Origin: Saprolegnia diclina VS20
Lineage: Eukaryota
DNA length: 64,000 nucleotides
Reading direction: 5' to 3'
Assembly: GCF_000281045.1 (NCBI RefSeq)
Contig: NW_008246070.1
Location: 1,038,193 to 1,102,192, forward strand
Below the pieces are notes generated by a model. It saw only the letters and a program-made list of their open reading frames with translations. It did no database searches and was not told the DNA's origin. Of this stretch, positions 22,936-35,500 are shown piece after piece (position 1 is the stretch's first letter; each line of letters opens with the position of its first letter). The translations under genes were made by a program, and so were the position numbers.

Positions 22936-25383
22936 TTAAACTTGGTCTTGAGTATGTGCAGCGCGTAGATAGCCTTGCCGTGGGACGGCGCCAGCGTCAG
23001 AACCTTTATAAACTACAATGTCATTAAACCTCAAAGGCGCCTGTCGGTGGCATGGGCTACCTTGGTCACTGCCGCGCGCAGCTCGCCCATGTGCCAGTCG
23101 GCGAGCCCATGGTTGTACAAGGCCGGTACGCATGTCGGTGCGATCGCGATGGCCGACGAGAGGATGTGCTGGGCGTCGGCAAACTTGCCTTGACTCAAGC
23201 ACGCGCTCGCGAGGTTGACGCGAATGGTCACAAACGCGACACCTATCGAGCGCAAAATGACGCCTACAGATATGTCGATGACAGTGTACTCGTCGGTACG
23301 TCGAGGGCAAGTGCATAGCTCTCTTCCGCAAGCTCCCACTCGCCCGCTTCTTGGTGAGCGAGGCCCTTGCAGTAGTGGACTTGGATCGTGCGAAGGCGCG
23401 CAGTTTCTGACTCGCGCGCTTCGTACGCAGCGCTCAGCGCGGCGCTGTTTTCGACTTCGCGGGGCTGGGTGTGCGTCGCCGTCTGCACCTGAGCGGGTGT
23501 GAGTACGTTGCGCCGAAAGTACCGCTGCAGCGTCATGGCAGCGTGGTGCTCCTGCAATGACGTGGGGTTGTGCTTGGGCGGCGAGACCGCATCCTTTCGA
23601 ACGTCGCTGGGTGGTGCGACCACGGACGACGGTGGCGACAATACGAACTCTGTGGGGTTTCGCAGAGACCGAGGCCGCTTGGCCTTGGCGTCCGGCGGCA
23701 CGTGCATGCGCGCGGCGAGTGCAATCGGCTCGACAAAGAGCGGCAGCGCTTTGTACGCCCCGAGTGTCGGCGTCGACTTTGTATGCGGCTCTGCAAACTG
23801 CCGCTTGTACCCGACGGCCGTGCGTGGGTGGCACTCGTCGGGTGCCCACTGGCGCACGGCGACGAGCGGCACGGTGGTGGCCCGCGGCACGTCGACCACC
23901 GGTGTCTCTGGTCGGTCGCTCAGCGCGCAGTCAGAGCTCAAGTGCGGCATTTTGGGCGTTGAGAGCACGCGTCGCAGCGGTGAGTTGGACGTCGTTGGCG
24001 TTCGGCTTTGCTCGGCGAGGCGGATGGACTTGTTGCTTAGCGCCGGTGCGTACAAGGGAGGCGGCTCGTCAAGGTCGAACGCTTCATGGTGGTGTTTGCT
24101 GCACGTTGTCTCGGACGGTAGCCACAGTGGTGGGCGATAAGTGGTGCTAATCGTCGGCGGTGGATTTCGAGGCAGTGTCGTTGGAATGACGTCGGCCGCG
24201 ACCGGTCGGTGGTCGTTGAAGTAGACAATCTGGTGGTTCTGCTCCGTATTGTGGTGTCTACATATACATCCGTGACTTCGATTCGGCAGCAGCTTCATGC
24301 GTACTTCAAGCTCGCTTGCACGACCGACATGTGCAGCAGAAAGTGCTCCTCCTTTGGGTGCAGCGCCATCGTCTTGGCAATCAGCGCCATTGGACACTCC
24401 TACATTGGAACTGACGACATGTATGTAGTGTTGTCGTTGTACCTTGAGGAGCAGCTCGACGTAGTCGTCCGAGAATTTGCAAAAGAGACTCAGCGCTTGG
24501 GCGATTTCCGTCTAAAGCTCAACTCGAATGCCCATGACGGTGTGCCACGACGTACTTGAAGCGGTGCGTTGAAGCGAAACTCTCGCATCGCAAGCAGCAG
24601 GAGCGCAAGGCCACCCAGAGACGCGAACGCTTGGTACGTTGCTGCATCGTCGTGCCTGAGACGCCGAAGGAGCTGGGCAATGCCCTTCATCTGCGCATCA
24701 AGGCAATAGCGCTGCTTGGTGAGCAGCTCGACAATCGCTGTGCACACGACGTGATGATTTCCAAAGTGCAATGTGGAGTAGTACCTGGCACGTCGGCGCC
24801 CATGTCACCTTCGGGGTCGGTCATGGGCATGGCCAAATAGGCTGGCGACGCTGTCCGCGAGAGACCTCGCGTGAGCTTCACGGGCGAGTTGCGTCGGAGG
24901 AGTGCGTTCGGGACCTTGGCAGGCGTCGTGTCCTTGGTTTTGGCGGCGGACTCGAGGATGCCGAGGAGAAACCCCGTGACTGTCGACGCCTCGCGCGTCA
25001 CGAGGTCGCCGCTGGCACTCGAGAGATCCGATTTTTTGGGGCTGCGCTTGGAACTGAGGCCCAAGAGCCCGCGCGACGACATCGAGTGCGTCAGCGGCAT
25101 CGCGCCGGCACGAGACGGCGTCTTAAAATAGGCCGTCGACAGACAGTTTGTGCACACACATTGCACAGCTTATGCTATCGATCATACTGCTCTGTATCAG
25201 CTTCCAAAGCCCCCGACCTCGCCCCGCACTGTCCATCGTCTGTGGGGTACCCTCTTTGCTGTCCAAGAGCGCAACCAAAGACGGCACCTCGTATGCGACC
25301 ACATATACGAAGAAGACGCTATTAACATAGAGAGGAACCATCACCGGCGTGCTATCTTCCCTCCGCTCGCGGCTCGTTGTCAT
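22936..25383 (-). CDS. Multi-exon protein with an IQ-like motif and C-terminal TPR repeats
   Basis: AAMTLQRYFRR (IQ-like); YCKGLAHQEAGEWELAEESY, VNLASACLSQGKFADA and ALYNHGLADWHMG (TPR). Exon boundaries are approximate. Confidence 0.6.
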
Positions 25384-25621
25384 GCGCGCAAACGTGGCGC
25401 GGCTTGGTGCTCATGGTGCACGATGGCGATTTTGTATTTTCCGGATTGATCCGGATACCGGTACATATATGGGAGGACCCGGGAGGGGGCCTTTGTATTT
25501 GTGCTGGAGGGGGTCGAAATTCGAACGCGGGGCGATGCTGAATCGCCGCCAGAGCCTGCGCCCGCGGGCGCTGGACATCCACTCGCGGATTCGGATCATC
25601 CGGTCGGATGAAGACATCGTC

Positions 25622-27208
25622 ATGGAGGAAGACGATGGCGCTGCGGGGCCGCAGATCACGTCCTTCCAGGAGCTCGCCGAGGTACGAGCTACGATGAGGA
25701 CGATGGAGGTCCGACCATAGGTAGATGATTGACGACCAGCCGGCCAAGCCGAAGCGCAAGAAGCACATTCCGATCCCGATGAACGCGACGGTCCCCAACT
25801 ACGAGAAGGAGGTGGCCCCGGACTTTGTGCTTCCGACGAGCTACATCAAGATGAGCCTCAACTTCCAGACGCCGGGCGAGACGTCGTCGTCGTCGTCGAC
25901 CTCGACGAACGCGGCCACGACCAAGACCGAGGTCGACTTGGAGGTCGAGGACATGGAGTGGCTCAAGACACACCCGCGCTATGGTGAGCTCGGCGACCCG
26001 CGCTACCAGCTCTCGTACGAGCAGTTTGCCAAGATGCTTGACGTGCTCGAGAAGGCGACCGCGCTCATCAACCCTGGTGTCGTTACGCTGGCTGAAGCCG
26101 ACGAAGTTTTCTTCAAGCAGCTGCAGATCAAGACGACGCCGCTCAACCGCGTCGCCACTGACGTATACAACTACTGGGTGAGCAAGCGCTCGGCGCTCAA
26201 GCGGCCGCTCTTGCGCAAGTACTGGCCGCAAACGCCGCTCAACGACACCAACCCGCACCTCGTGTTTCGACCGCGCGAGAAGGAGCGCTACAAGCTGCGG
26301 AAGCACCGGAAGAACGACATGGAGGGGCTCCGGAAGCTCCAGCAGCTGCGCCATGATTTTGACCGGACCCGCCACCTCTTTGAGATGGTCAAGCGCCGAG
26401 AGAAGCTCAAGCGCATGCTGATCGACTTTCTCGACGAGACGCGCCGGCAGTCGATCCACGACATGATTGCCGCGGTCGTTCCGAGCATGGGGCCGCGCCA
26501 CCCTAAGGTGTGTTTGGATCTCATCTTGGCGCTCTCTCATGCTCGCGCTGTAGATTCCAACCGAAGAAGACCGCGAAAACAAGCACAAGAAGAAGAAAAA
26601 GAAGAAGGACAAAAAGCACCGACGCGACTCGATCGATGGCGAGAGCACAAGTCTGCACGGGAGTCCCGGGTCGCACGTCCTCAAGTCGGCGACGGCCTTG
26701 GAGGTCCAGCGCCTGCCCGTCCCTACATTTATGGACCCACGCCCGATGGACATGGTGGCCGAGGCGCCGCAAGAAACGGACGTCGCCACCGTCATCTCGT
26801 TCCCGTCGTACCCACCGTCGACCGCGCAGTTGTACGCGACGATGTTTCAGGATCCGCCCCAGTACCGAAGGTACGATCCATATTTGACCAAATTCGACTC
26901 ACCTCTATGTGTGTAGCCGGTCGCGCTATGGCCGTGGCGGGCGACTCATTATGGACCGCGTGCCGATCTACAAGTCGTACGTCGAATTCGAAGCGCCGCC
27001 GCTCGTATCCGCTCCGCCCGCACCAAGTGGCCTGGCCGTGGCCGGTGTGCCAACGCCGACTGCGTCGATACTGGCGACCCTCGGTGCCTCTCGCCAGCAG
27101 CGCATGGAAGCGATCTACAGCATGAGCGACTCGGAGGACGAGCTCGTGACGATGGACACGGTCGAAGAAGACAAGGTCCGCACGCTCAAGTACACGCTGG
27201 CCATGTAA
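25622..27208 (+). CDS. EPL1: Enhancer of polycomb-like protein (NuA4 subunit), 4 exons
   Basis: YDL-like EVDLEVEDMEWL, FAKMLDVLEK, VYNYWVSKR, NDTNPHLVFRPRE, KLQQLRHDF...MVKRREKLK and RYGRGGRLIMDR. Confidence 0.8.
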
Positions 27209-27282
27209 CCTGCACACAGTGTCTTCAAAATGGCGAGTCTTTATTCTATTTCGAGCGCAAAGGCCCATTTAGCAAGGCGACA

Positions 27283-29279
27283 ATGGCGCTGTACCGCAGC
27301 TTGGAGACGGACGTCACAGCCTTCTTCATTGCGCAGGGCACGCTCTTTGAGACCGTTGTCAACAGCCTCGGGGCGCGCGTCCACACCGTGGAGCAGCGCG
27401 AGAGCCCTTTGCCTCTCGTTGGCGATGCAAGCGTGGAAGCACGCCTCGCGCGTCTCGAAGATCTGTGGAGCGCACTGGTACGCTCACTGCTGCTGCGTTT
27501 TTGCAGCATTTAGAGCAAGCGTGCTAGACACAAGAGGTGCATGGACTGCGTACCCAATGCCAAGCCGCCACCGTACGCCTTCTTGCATACATCAGCGTGT
27601 ATATACAAGTCAACTCGATAGGGAGCGATGACCGCGCTCGTACTTGGTTGCATTCTACGTCTTCACTGAGAAAATGTGGTAGAACCACCAAGTCGACGCC
27701 CAGACTGCGAATCTGGCCGCCCATGCTACCCGGCTTGATGCACAAAGCGTGGCGCTTGAGACGCAAGAAGCAGCGCTTGTGGCCCAGGCTGCCGCACAAG
27801 CCGCCTTTCACGACCGTTGCCCGCAGCAGATTCTCGCCAGCGCGGTGCAAAAGGTCACGCTCGGCTTGTCGACAGAGGAGTTCACTGCGCTGTCGCAAGA
27901 GCTCCGTCGACTGGAAGACGCTTTGGAGCACGCGACAGAACCCACGGACGAGATTCGCGCGTCGCTGAGTCAAGTGCACGCGGACCTCGCCAGCGTCGCA
28001 CCCGACCCGACAGCAACGTACGACGGATTGGCGCACGGCCCGATGGTCGAGCGGCTGCGCACGAGCCTCGCGAATCTGGGCGCCAACTTGGACACACTCG
28101 CAGCGGTCTCGGAACACAATGCGTGGACGCAAGGAATGACATTTGAGGTGGTGTAGAATAAAGCAATGGCCTTGGACGATGACGACGACGGGGATACGTG
28201 GCAGTCGGTACTGTCGCGGTCNNNNNNNNNNNNNNNNNNNNNNNNNNNNNNNNNNNNNNNNNNNNNNNNNNNNNNNNNNNNNNNNNNNNNNNNNNNNNNN
28301 NNNNNNNNNNNNNNNNNNNNNNNNNNNNNNNNNNNNNNNNNNNNNNNNNNNNNNNNNNNNNNNNNNNNNNNNNNNNNNNNNNNNNNNNNNNNNNNNGACG
28401 ACCAGCAAGCAGCCTACGACGCACGTATGTTTGCACTTTCGACAGAGCTCCAGGTACAAATGGTCCTTGGAACTCGACTTGAATTGGCGGTTAGATGCTG
28501 CAAGATCATGAGCGGGAGCTCGAGACGCAGCTCGCGGCTTGCCCTCGGCAAGAAGATGTCCTGCAGCAGCTTCTCCTTCTCCAAGACAAAGTACGCATTC
28601 ATGGTTGCTTCATAATCGATACATTGCTAGATCGCCCAAGAGACCACGACGACGTCGTCATGTGCAAATGCGGCGCTCGATGAGCTTCGCCAGCAGTTCC
28701 AGACGCTTCCGACCTCGGAAATGGTCTCCCAGCTCCACGCATCGCTCAAAACCAAAGCCGACAAAGCCGACATTGCTCGGTACATTCTTGCTCATGGACA
28801 TCGACGAGGACTATATTGGTGCTAGCTTGCAACGGGGGCAGAATGACCAGCAAACGAACCTCGGTCTTTCCAAAATGCCGCTCAAGTGTCTCTCTTGCGA
28901 CCAGTACCTTCCGCGACCCAAGTTTGCAGCGACAAACGAGGCGTGGAACCCGTCAGCGCCGATCGTGTCGCCCAGGAATACGGTGAACCTCCAACCGCTC
29001 GAGATGCCAAAGAAGGACCGAGCGACGACGACCGCCAGCACACATACACTTCGAGCGAACGCAGGTGGTCCGTCACGCGCGATCGTTGCAACCAAACTGG
29101 CCAAGCCGCGCGTCGAGTTTGTCGAGAACGTCGTCACGAAGCTTGAGAGACACCGTCCGATGACGGCCGCGCCACGCGGGTATACGCTGCAGAGCACACC
29201 GTTCGAGATGGCCATGCCAGGCGATGCCATACCCTCGTCAGCGTCGTCATCAGCGTCCTTGGTACTTCTTATCTCTTGA
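27283..29279 (+). CDS. Coiled-coil hypothetical protein(s) spanning the gap, with a C-terminal KCLSCDQ motif
   Basis: Series of Ala/Leu/Gln-rich exons separated by GT..AG introns; LKTKADKADI and KCLSCDQ. It may be one or two genes. Confidence 0.5.
28222..28396. other. Assembly gap (175 N)
   Basis: Run of N. Confidence 1.
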
Positions 29280-29569
29280 GTGTTTTACGAAAGCGCGTAT
29301 TAGCGACCGCCAACTTCGTCGCTCCTGTCCGACAAACAGCGCTACTCGTTCTACTACCTTGGCAACAACTACAGCAGCAGCAACAACGCCAACAATAATG
29401 GTGGCTAATCGTATCTGATGACACGTTGAACGCAATACAGTATGTGGATGCTGATGCAATATTGATCAACTAGCTAGTAATATCTAGTAAAGGGTTTACA
29501 GTTGGAAAGAGACGCGATAGGGGTCGTAAATAAAGGGCTAGGGGTGCGGAAGGTCCACCGATGTGGGGA

Positions 29570-30376
29570 TTAGGGGCAACCCGACTGGACGTACGGATGG
29601 TTGATCACTCTCTCCATGGTTGGTCGCTCGGTGGCGTTGAAGACAAGAAGGTGCTCGAGCATGGCGATGGCGTCGTCGGGAATGGACGTAGTGAGACCCC
29701 AGGCGGACACAAGGGCCCGAACCCCGTGCAGCTTGAGAAACAGGAGGACGTCGTCGTCATGGGTCGCCGCCTCGACGAGTGGGACGCCCGTGAGCAGCAT
29801 CCAGAGCAAAATGCCGAGCGACCACACGTCCACTTTGGCAGCGTCGTACGAACTCTCGAGGTGCATCTCGGGGGCCATGTAGTAAGGCTTGCCGACGGCG
29901 GCGGTTGCTTGGGCGGGCAGCGCAACAGCGAGGCCAAAGTCGCCGATCTTGAGGTTCCCGTGCGCGTCGACAAAGATATTTTCCAGCGACACATCGCGAT
30001 GGGCGATTCCGACCGCGTGCAAGTGGGCGAGACCGGACGTGATTTGCGTAAAGTACGCTCGGGCAAGTCGCGGCGTGCAGTGCTGCGTCGGCATGGCCTT
30101 CAAGACAGCGTAGAGGTCCCCTTGTGCGCAGTGTTCCAGGACAAAGTAGCTGGTCTTGGTGTCGGAAAACGCCTCGTGGAGCTGGAGCACACGGTCGCAC
30201 GTGGACGTGCGCAGCTGTTTGTACGCCATTGCTTCGTTGGCAATCGTGTCGAAAGTGTGCTGCGATCGGTCGACTTGCTTGACGACGTGAAGCTGGCGCG
30301 TCACCCGATGACGGCACAACAAGATCGCCCCGTCACGTGCTGGTGACAGCGTGGACTCGACTGTGTAGGCCAACAT
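29570..30376 (-). CDS. Ser/Thr protein kinase (CAMK-like)
   Basis: VVK, AHRDVSLEN, DFG, GKPYYMAPE, DVWSLG and ERPT; the Gly-rich loop is degenerate. Confidence 0.93.
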   Translation of the reverse strand: MLAYTVESTLSPARDGAILLCRHRVTRQLHVVKQVDRSQHTFDTIANEAMAYKQLRTSTCDRVLQLHEAFSDTKTSYFVLEHCAQGDLYAVLKAMPTQHCTPRLARAYFTQITSGLAHLHAVGIAHRDVSLENIFVDAHGNLKIGDFGLAVALPAQATAAVGKPYYMAPEMHLESSYDAAKVDVWSLGILLWMLLTGVPLVEAATHDDDVLLFLKLHGVRALVSAWGLTTSIPDDAIAMLEHLLVFNATERPTMERVINHPYVQSGCP

Positions 30377-31352
30377 GCGCCAAACCAAGGGAAAATCAAA
30401 GTGATAGCACCCGAGGTCATCGGCGCCGCTGCATAGAGAAACGCCAGAAATTACTGGTACTGTCCGCGCCAAAGCCGCTACAGCGTCACATAGAGAGGAC
30501 CAATGAATCCAAATCCTGGGCGTTTGCGTGAACAACATACGCGAGGTGTTGGCGCGAGGAGTCGCTGCATAGAGGCGTTTGAAGCGACGGTTTCGAGATA
30601 CGCCGCTGCGATTGGTCGGTATCCATGGACTTGGACCAATCGAATCACCGGAATTCAAACGAGCACCGCGGATTGGTGGACCAAAAAGCGTATCTCGCGC
30701 AATCCGCGACCGTTTGCCGCCCGTCGCACAGATCATTGGGGCAGCCGTATGCCGCATCGTTACCACGTACTATGACTAGAAGCAGTCATGATTCGTATCG
30801 GAGCTTGCAATGGGCATGGCGTCGTGCAGTCTATTGCGCAAGTCCCTCGACACCCGGTGTTTTAGGAGGTGGGTATCTCTTCTGTCGAGTGAAATAGAGT
30901 GAGATAGCTGAGCGAAGTGGTTCGCGGACGAGATAGCTAGCGATAGACGAAACGCTGCGCGTTCTTTGAAGAAACATGCTGCCCGCTGTATGTTCAGATA
31001 GAGCAACGGCGCTTGCATCGGGAGAGATTTGACTCTGCGTGACCTCGTGCTGACAAGGTCGCCGGTGGGAAGTCATCTCTTCATCGAAAGCAATAACGAC
31101 AACTCGACGTGAATTGACTTAAGGGGTTGGAGCACTGGTTCATACATTGAGATATGCACGTTAGCTCCATGTACGACCGCATCATCGATGCTCGTGTCAC
31201 GACCAAAGCCAGTACTAGTACGTACGCTTCTCCTCTGCATCTCGCCAGGCGAATGTTCGCTGGCGACAAGGACGCTGCACCGGCAAGGCAATATCGAGAC
31301 AGAAAACACACATCTTTCGGCGGATGATTCGCTTCGACTCTAGTCATTCTCG

Positions 31353-32483
31353 TCATCTTGCGGCTTGACACTTGTCGTTGTTGTTGTCCTCATGGTTTGT
31401 CTTCGGCGGCTTGGGCGGCCGAACGTCGCGGCCGTAGAGACCGTACATGAGCCATCGGTTTTGCTTCTCGGGGTGCTCGAGGAGCCACACCATGCATGCT
31501 GCGTAGAGCACCGTGGCCGCCGACAGCACGTGCGATCGCTTGAGCTGGCCGCAGATGTTGTACTCTTTGAGCTGATAGAACACTGTGATAAGGCTATAGG
31601 ACGCAACGGCCTTGCGGATCGTGAGGCGCCGCTTGGCCGGTTCAAAATATTGTGCCAAATACGGCGTGAGCGTCGCCAAAGCGATCGCGATGCGGTGGTT
31701 GGCGATCGGGACGAGGCACGAAAAGAGGTACGGGAAGACGTAGTTGCCCGAGAGGAAGAGAATCGAGCGCACATAGTCGACCACATGCTTGCGCACGTCG
31801 AGCGGCCGTTGCTTCCACGCGAGGAGCGCGCTCGCAAGGTGTATTGGCAGAAAGATCTTGGCGCCGCTCACGAGGTGTTTGGCGCTCTCGTCGCGAAGGA
31901 ACGCGGCGCAGGATTTGTTCGGGTGAAAGCTATCGCAGCGCGAGCCATGGCCGGTCCGGATCTCGTGGCGCGTCGCCGATAGGATCTCAGGCGGGAGGCA
32001 CGACTGGTAGTCAAGCATTTTGAGCTGCGACGGCAAGATCCACTCGCACCGAAAGAGGTAGATGTACATGAGGCGGGACGTGACGGCAACGCTTGTCGCA
32101 TGCTCCACGAGCGCCGAGGCGGGGCAGAGCGCATACACTTGGAGCGCCGATTCGACGAGCGCATACGAGAGCACAATGTGCTTGTGCGCATCGGAAATGA
32201 GCCGAAAGAAGGCGACGGCGGCGAGGCCCGCTGCAACGCGCGGCGATGGCGCTTGGAAGAGCCGAAAGATACCGCAGCCAGCGGCGAGCGCCGAGAAGAG
32301 CGCAGAGGGCGGCGAAGGCCGGCGCGCCCGGAGGCTTGCAACCGCAGTGCCCAAGGCGACGCATGTCGCTGCGCCGCGGGCCGCCGACGCCACGCTGCTG
32401 CTGGTGCTCATCGCCATCGTGTGCCCGGAAGAAGCGATGTTTCCGTCAACTTGCCAACGGCTGGCACGAGCATTCGAATCCAT
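31353..32483 (-). CDS. TMEM135-like membrane protein (start 32483 or 32417)
   Basis: CDSFHPNKSC, FLPIHLA, RSILFLS and FEPAKRR motifs with several TM helices. Confidence 0.6.
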   Translation of the reverse strand: MDSNARASRWQVDGNIASSGHTMAMSTSSSVASAARGAATCVALGTAVASLRARRPSPPSALFSALAAGCGIFRLFQAPSPRVAAGLAAVAFFRLISDAHKHIVLSYALVESALQVYALCPASALVEHATSVAVTSRLMYIYLFRCEWILPSQLKMLDYQSCLPPEILSATRHEIRTGHGSRCDSFHPNKSCAAFLRDESAKHLVSGAKIFLPIHLASALLAWKQRPLDVRKHVVDYVRSILFLSGNYVFPYLFSCLVPIANHRIAIALATLTPYLAQYFEPAKRRLTIRKAVASYSLITVFYQLKEYNICGQLKRSHVLSAATVLYAACMVWLLEHPEKQNRWLMYGLYGRDVRPPKPPKTNHEDNNNDKCQAAR

Positions 32484-32542
32484 GCGAAAATAGTATATGT
32501 TGAAGTTGCAAAAGGTGTGTATGAATCGAAATAGTGTGCGAT

Positions 32543-35500
32543 CTAGCTCACATTGCCCTTCCCAAACGTGCCTTCGGGGCAGCGGTACGCCTCGGGCAGC
32601 ATCGAGCGCTGGAGCGAGTTGAAGGCATACTGGCGCTTCCCAATGTTCTTCTCGACGCAGTCCATGCGCACGCCGTAGCTGCGCATGGTGGCCACCGCCC
32701 GGCGGGATGTCGCTGCATCCACATGGTAGAGTGCTTGCAAGACCCAGCCTAGAGGAAATGCGTCAGCAACGCGAGTGCAGCGACCTAGAGTACCTTGTTC
32801 GAGCGTGACGCTCATGGCGGTGCGGTCCTTTGCGCTCTTGCAGCTCACGACACGTCCGCCATCGAGGCGGCGCGTGAGGTGCCCGGCCACCTGGAGGATC
32901 TCCGGGTGCTTCTTCTTAACGTACTCGTTCTTGGCCGCCGCAATGAGCGTCGAGAGGTGTTCGAATGCAGCAATCACGTCGTCCTTCTCGAGCGGCGCAA
33001 AGGCCACGTACCGGTCGACAAAGCTCTTGAGGCTCTCAAGGTTGGCGAGGTTGATGAGGTCCTGCACCGTGTCCTTCTGGAGCGTCGACTTGTTGGCGAG
33101 CGTCTGCATCTCGTTGATGCCTTGGGTGAAGAAGATGGGCGTGACCGCAATGCTGCGATGCCCGACCGCGAGTCGCTGCTGCAGCTCGACCTGCGACGCT
33201 TCGCAATAAATGCCCACGACCACCGTAAACCTACAAAGAAGAGCTGAGCCCATATATCCAACGGATTCGCAGCGTGTACCCGTTCTGCTGCGGCGACGGA
33301 CTCAAGCGCACCGAGAGAACACCCGGGACAGCCACTTCGTGCAAGTGCAGATGCAACGACGTCGCCTTGCTCGTTTGCTTGGGGTGCTTGGCACACAGAT
33401 CCAACTCGAACCGAACGTTGGTCAGCCACGACGTCGCGGCGCTGAAGTCTTGGAGCATGGCCTTCTCCTTCCCGTGGTCGCTGAGCAGACTCTCGACCTG
33501 GAAGAGGTACCCGACCGCGTAGAGGTGGTCGAGATACGCGAGGAGCTTCCCGGACGACGGCATCATGGCCTTCTCCAAGTGCCGGCAAAACGACGTGACG
33601 AGCGCGGCGAGCGCCTGCGCGTGGCACTCGTCTTCACGCAAGCGCAGCGTCCACTCGATCTCGTCGCGGAGTCGGGCCTGCTCGTCGCGCCAGTCGTCCT
33701 GGAGACGCTGCGACGACGTCTGTTTGAGCAGCGGCGGCGTCGCCACATCCGGCGACATGTGGTCGCTCCCGCTTTCGCGCGGCGCCGCCATCGCCTCGAG
33801 CTGCGCTTGCAGCGTCGGGATCGTCTGGCGGAACTTGCAGTTGTGGGCCGCGAACGCGCCGACCGTGATCGTCTCGTAGAGCTGCACGTCGCTGCTCGTG
33901 CGTCGGCCGAGTTCCGACTGGAGCGGCTGCATTGGTCCGACCCAAAATTCTTGAACGTGCTATACATGTGTGAGTCGTTCTGTCGCCAGTTCAATTCCGC
34001 GCGTACGAGGTTGGTCGGCAAGAAGCGGAGGCGCGTTTCCTTCTTCTCGACGCTCTTCTTAAAGTAGAGCGACGCCTGCGACCGCTCGTGGTACAAGCCA
34101 ATGCACTCGGTCAAAAACGCGCAGTACTCGGTGCGCTTGGCGACACGCTGCTCGAGCCACTGCTGGATGAGCTGCAAGTCGGCCTCGCCCTAGTCGAAAA
34201 ATATGAGACATGGGCATCACGGCAAGACCGACGCACCTGGATCTGGTCGATGATGTTGGTGTAGCTCGTCTTCTCCGCGCGAAGCACTTCGAAATGGCGC
34301 AAGTCGCTCTGTGCGAGCGACAAGGCCGCGTTGCGCTGCATGAGCGTTTGCTCGAGGTACTGCCGGCAAATCTCATTCGGCAGCACCGACTCGAGGAGCT
34401 CTTCGACCACGTGGATGCCATCCGAGGTCGCGTCATCGCCAAACTGAAAGTGTTTGGCCGTGCAGAACGACGACGACGTCTGAAGCCCAAACGCCGACGT
34501 GCCCACGAGGTGGTGGTGCTCGTCGCCGCCCGAGACGAGCGTCGGCTTGAGCTTGAGCACGGGCAGCACCGGGTGGTTGACGACGTTCAAAATGTTGGAC
34601 ACGCCGGACGCCGACGTTGCGCGCGCTTTCGTGTGCCGGCGGTTCCCGAAAAAGCTGAAGCGGCGCGTCAAACTCAGCACTGCGTCCGGCTCCTCTTGCA
34701 AAATGCTCGACGGGCGCAAGACGAGCGGCTCCTGCGACCGCTCGGTCGGCGACAGCGTCGCGATCGCATTCGTCGACTGCAGCAAGTGCTCCATCGGACA
34801 GACGTACTCGGCGAGCACGCGCGGCGCATCGAGGTCCATTTCGTACACGAGAAACCGCAGAGTCGACGGCTTCTCGACCGGCACGTACAAGACGGAGCTA
34901 AACCCGGTGCAAAAGCCAAACTGGTACTGCTGGCTCAACGCCGTCTCGGTAAAGCCGCGGCGGATCCAGTTGAGCGGCGTCGGATGCGCGTGCATCGCCG
35001 ACGCCCGGCGGCGCGTCGCGGCATTCTCCATGAGCGACTCAAAGAGGCCACCTGTGCGCATCGAGGACCGCCGCGGGACGTCGTCGTAGTCGTCGCCCAT
35101 CACCGCGGCGTCCGTCGACTGGTACACTTCCACAAACGCGTGCGTGCTCGCAGTCGTGGCTTCGGGAAAGTAGAGCTGCAAGCAGAGCGCAACCATCGTG
35201 TCGTTGCTGTCGATCGAGCTCAATCGGCTCTTGCTCTGCTGGTGCGCGAGCGACATCTACAAGTTGATCCTTCAAATCAGCTCCAAAGAGAACGCGTCAG
35301 TACCGAGCTGTGGAGCGCGCTGAGGTTTGTGCGCTGCATGCGAAGGTACTCGAACTGCTGGGCTTCTTCGTCCATGTTCGAGTCGTCAAACTCGCCGCAC
35401 GCGATCGTCGATTTCCAGTCAATGTCTTCGGCGTCCGCAGTCTCAGCAGCTTGGCGCGGCGCTGTGAACGTGTTGAGCGACGACGACTGCCCGCCGAGCT

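Noticed and set aside
30377..30766. N-terminal extension of the 398-aa kinase ORF
   Set aside because: Looks like open UTR or intergenic sequence; the kinase domain and coding-like codons start at ATG 30376.
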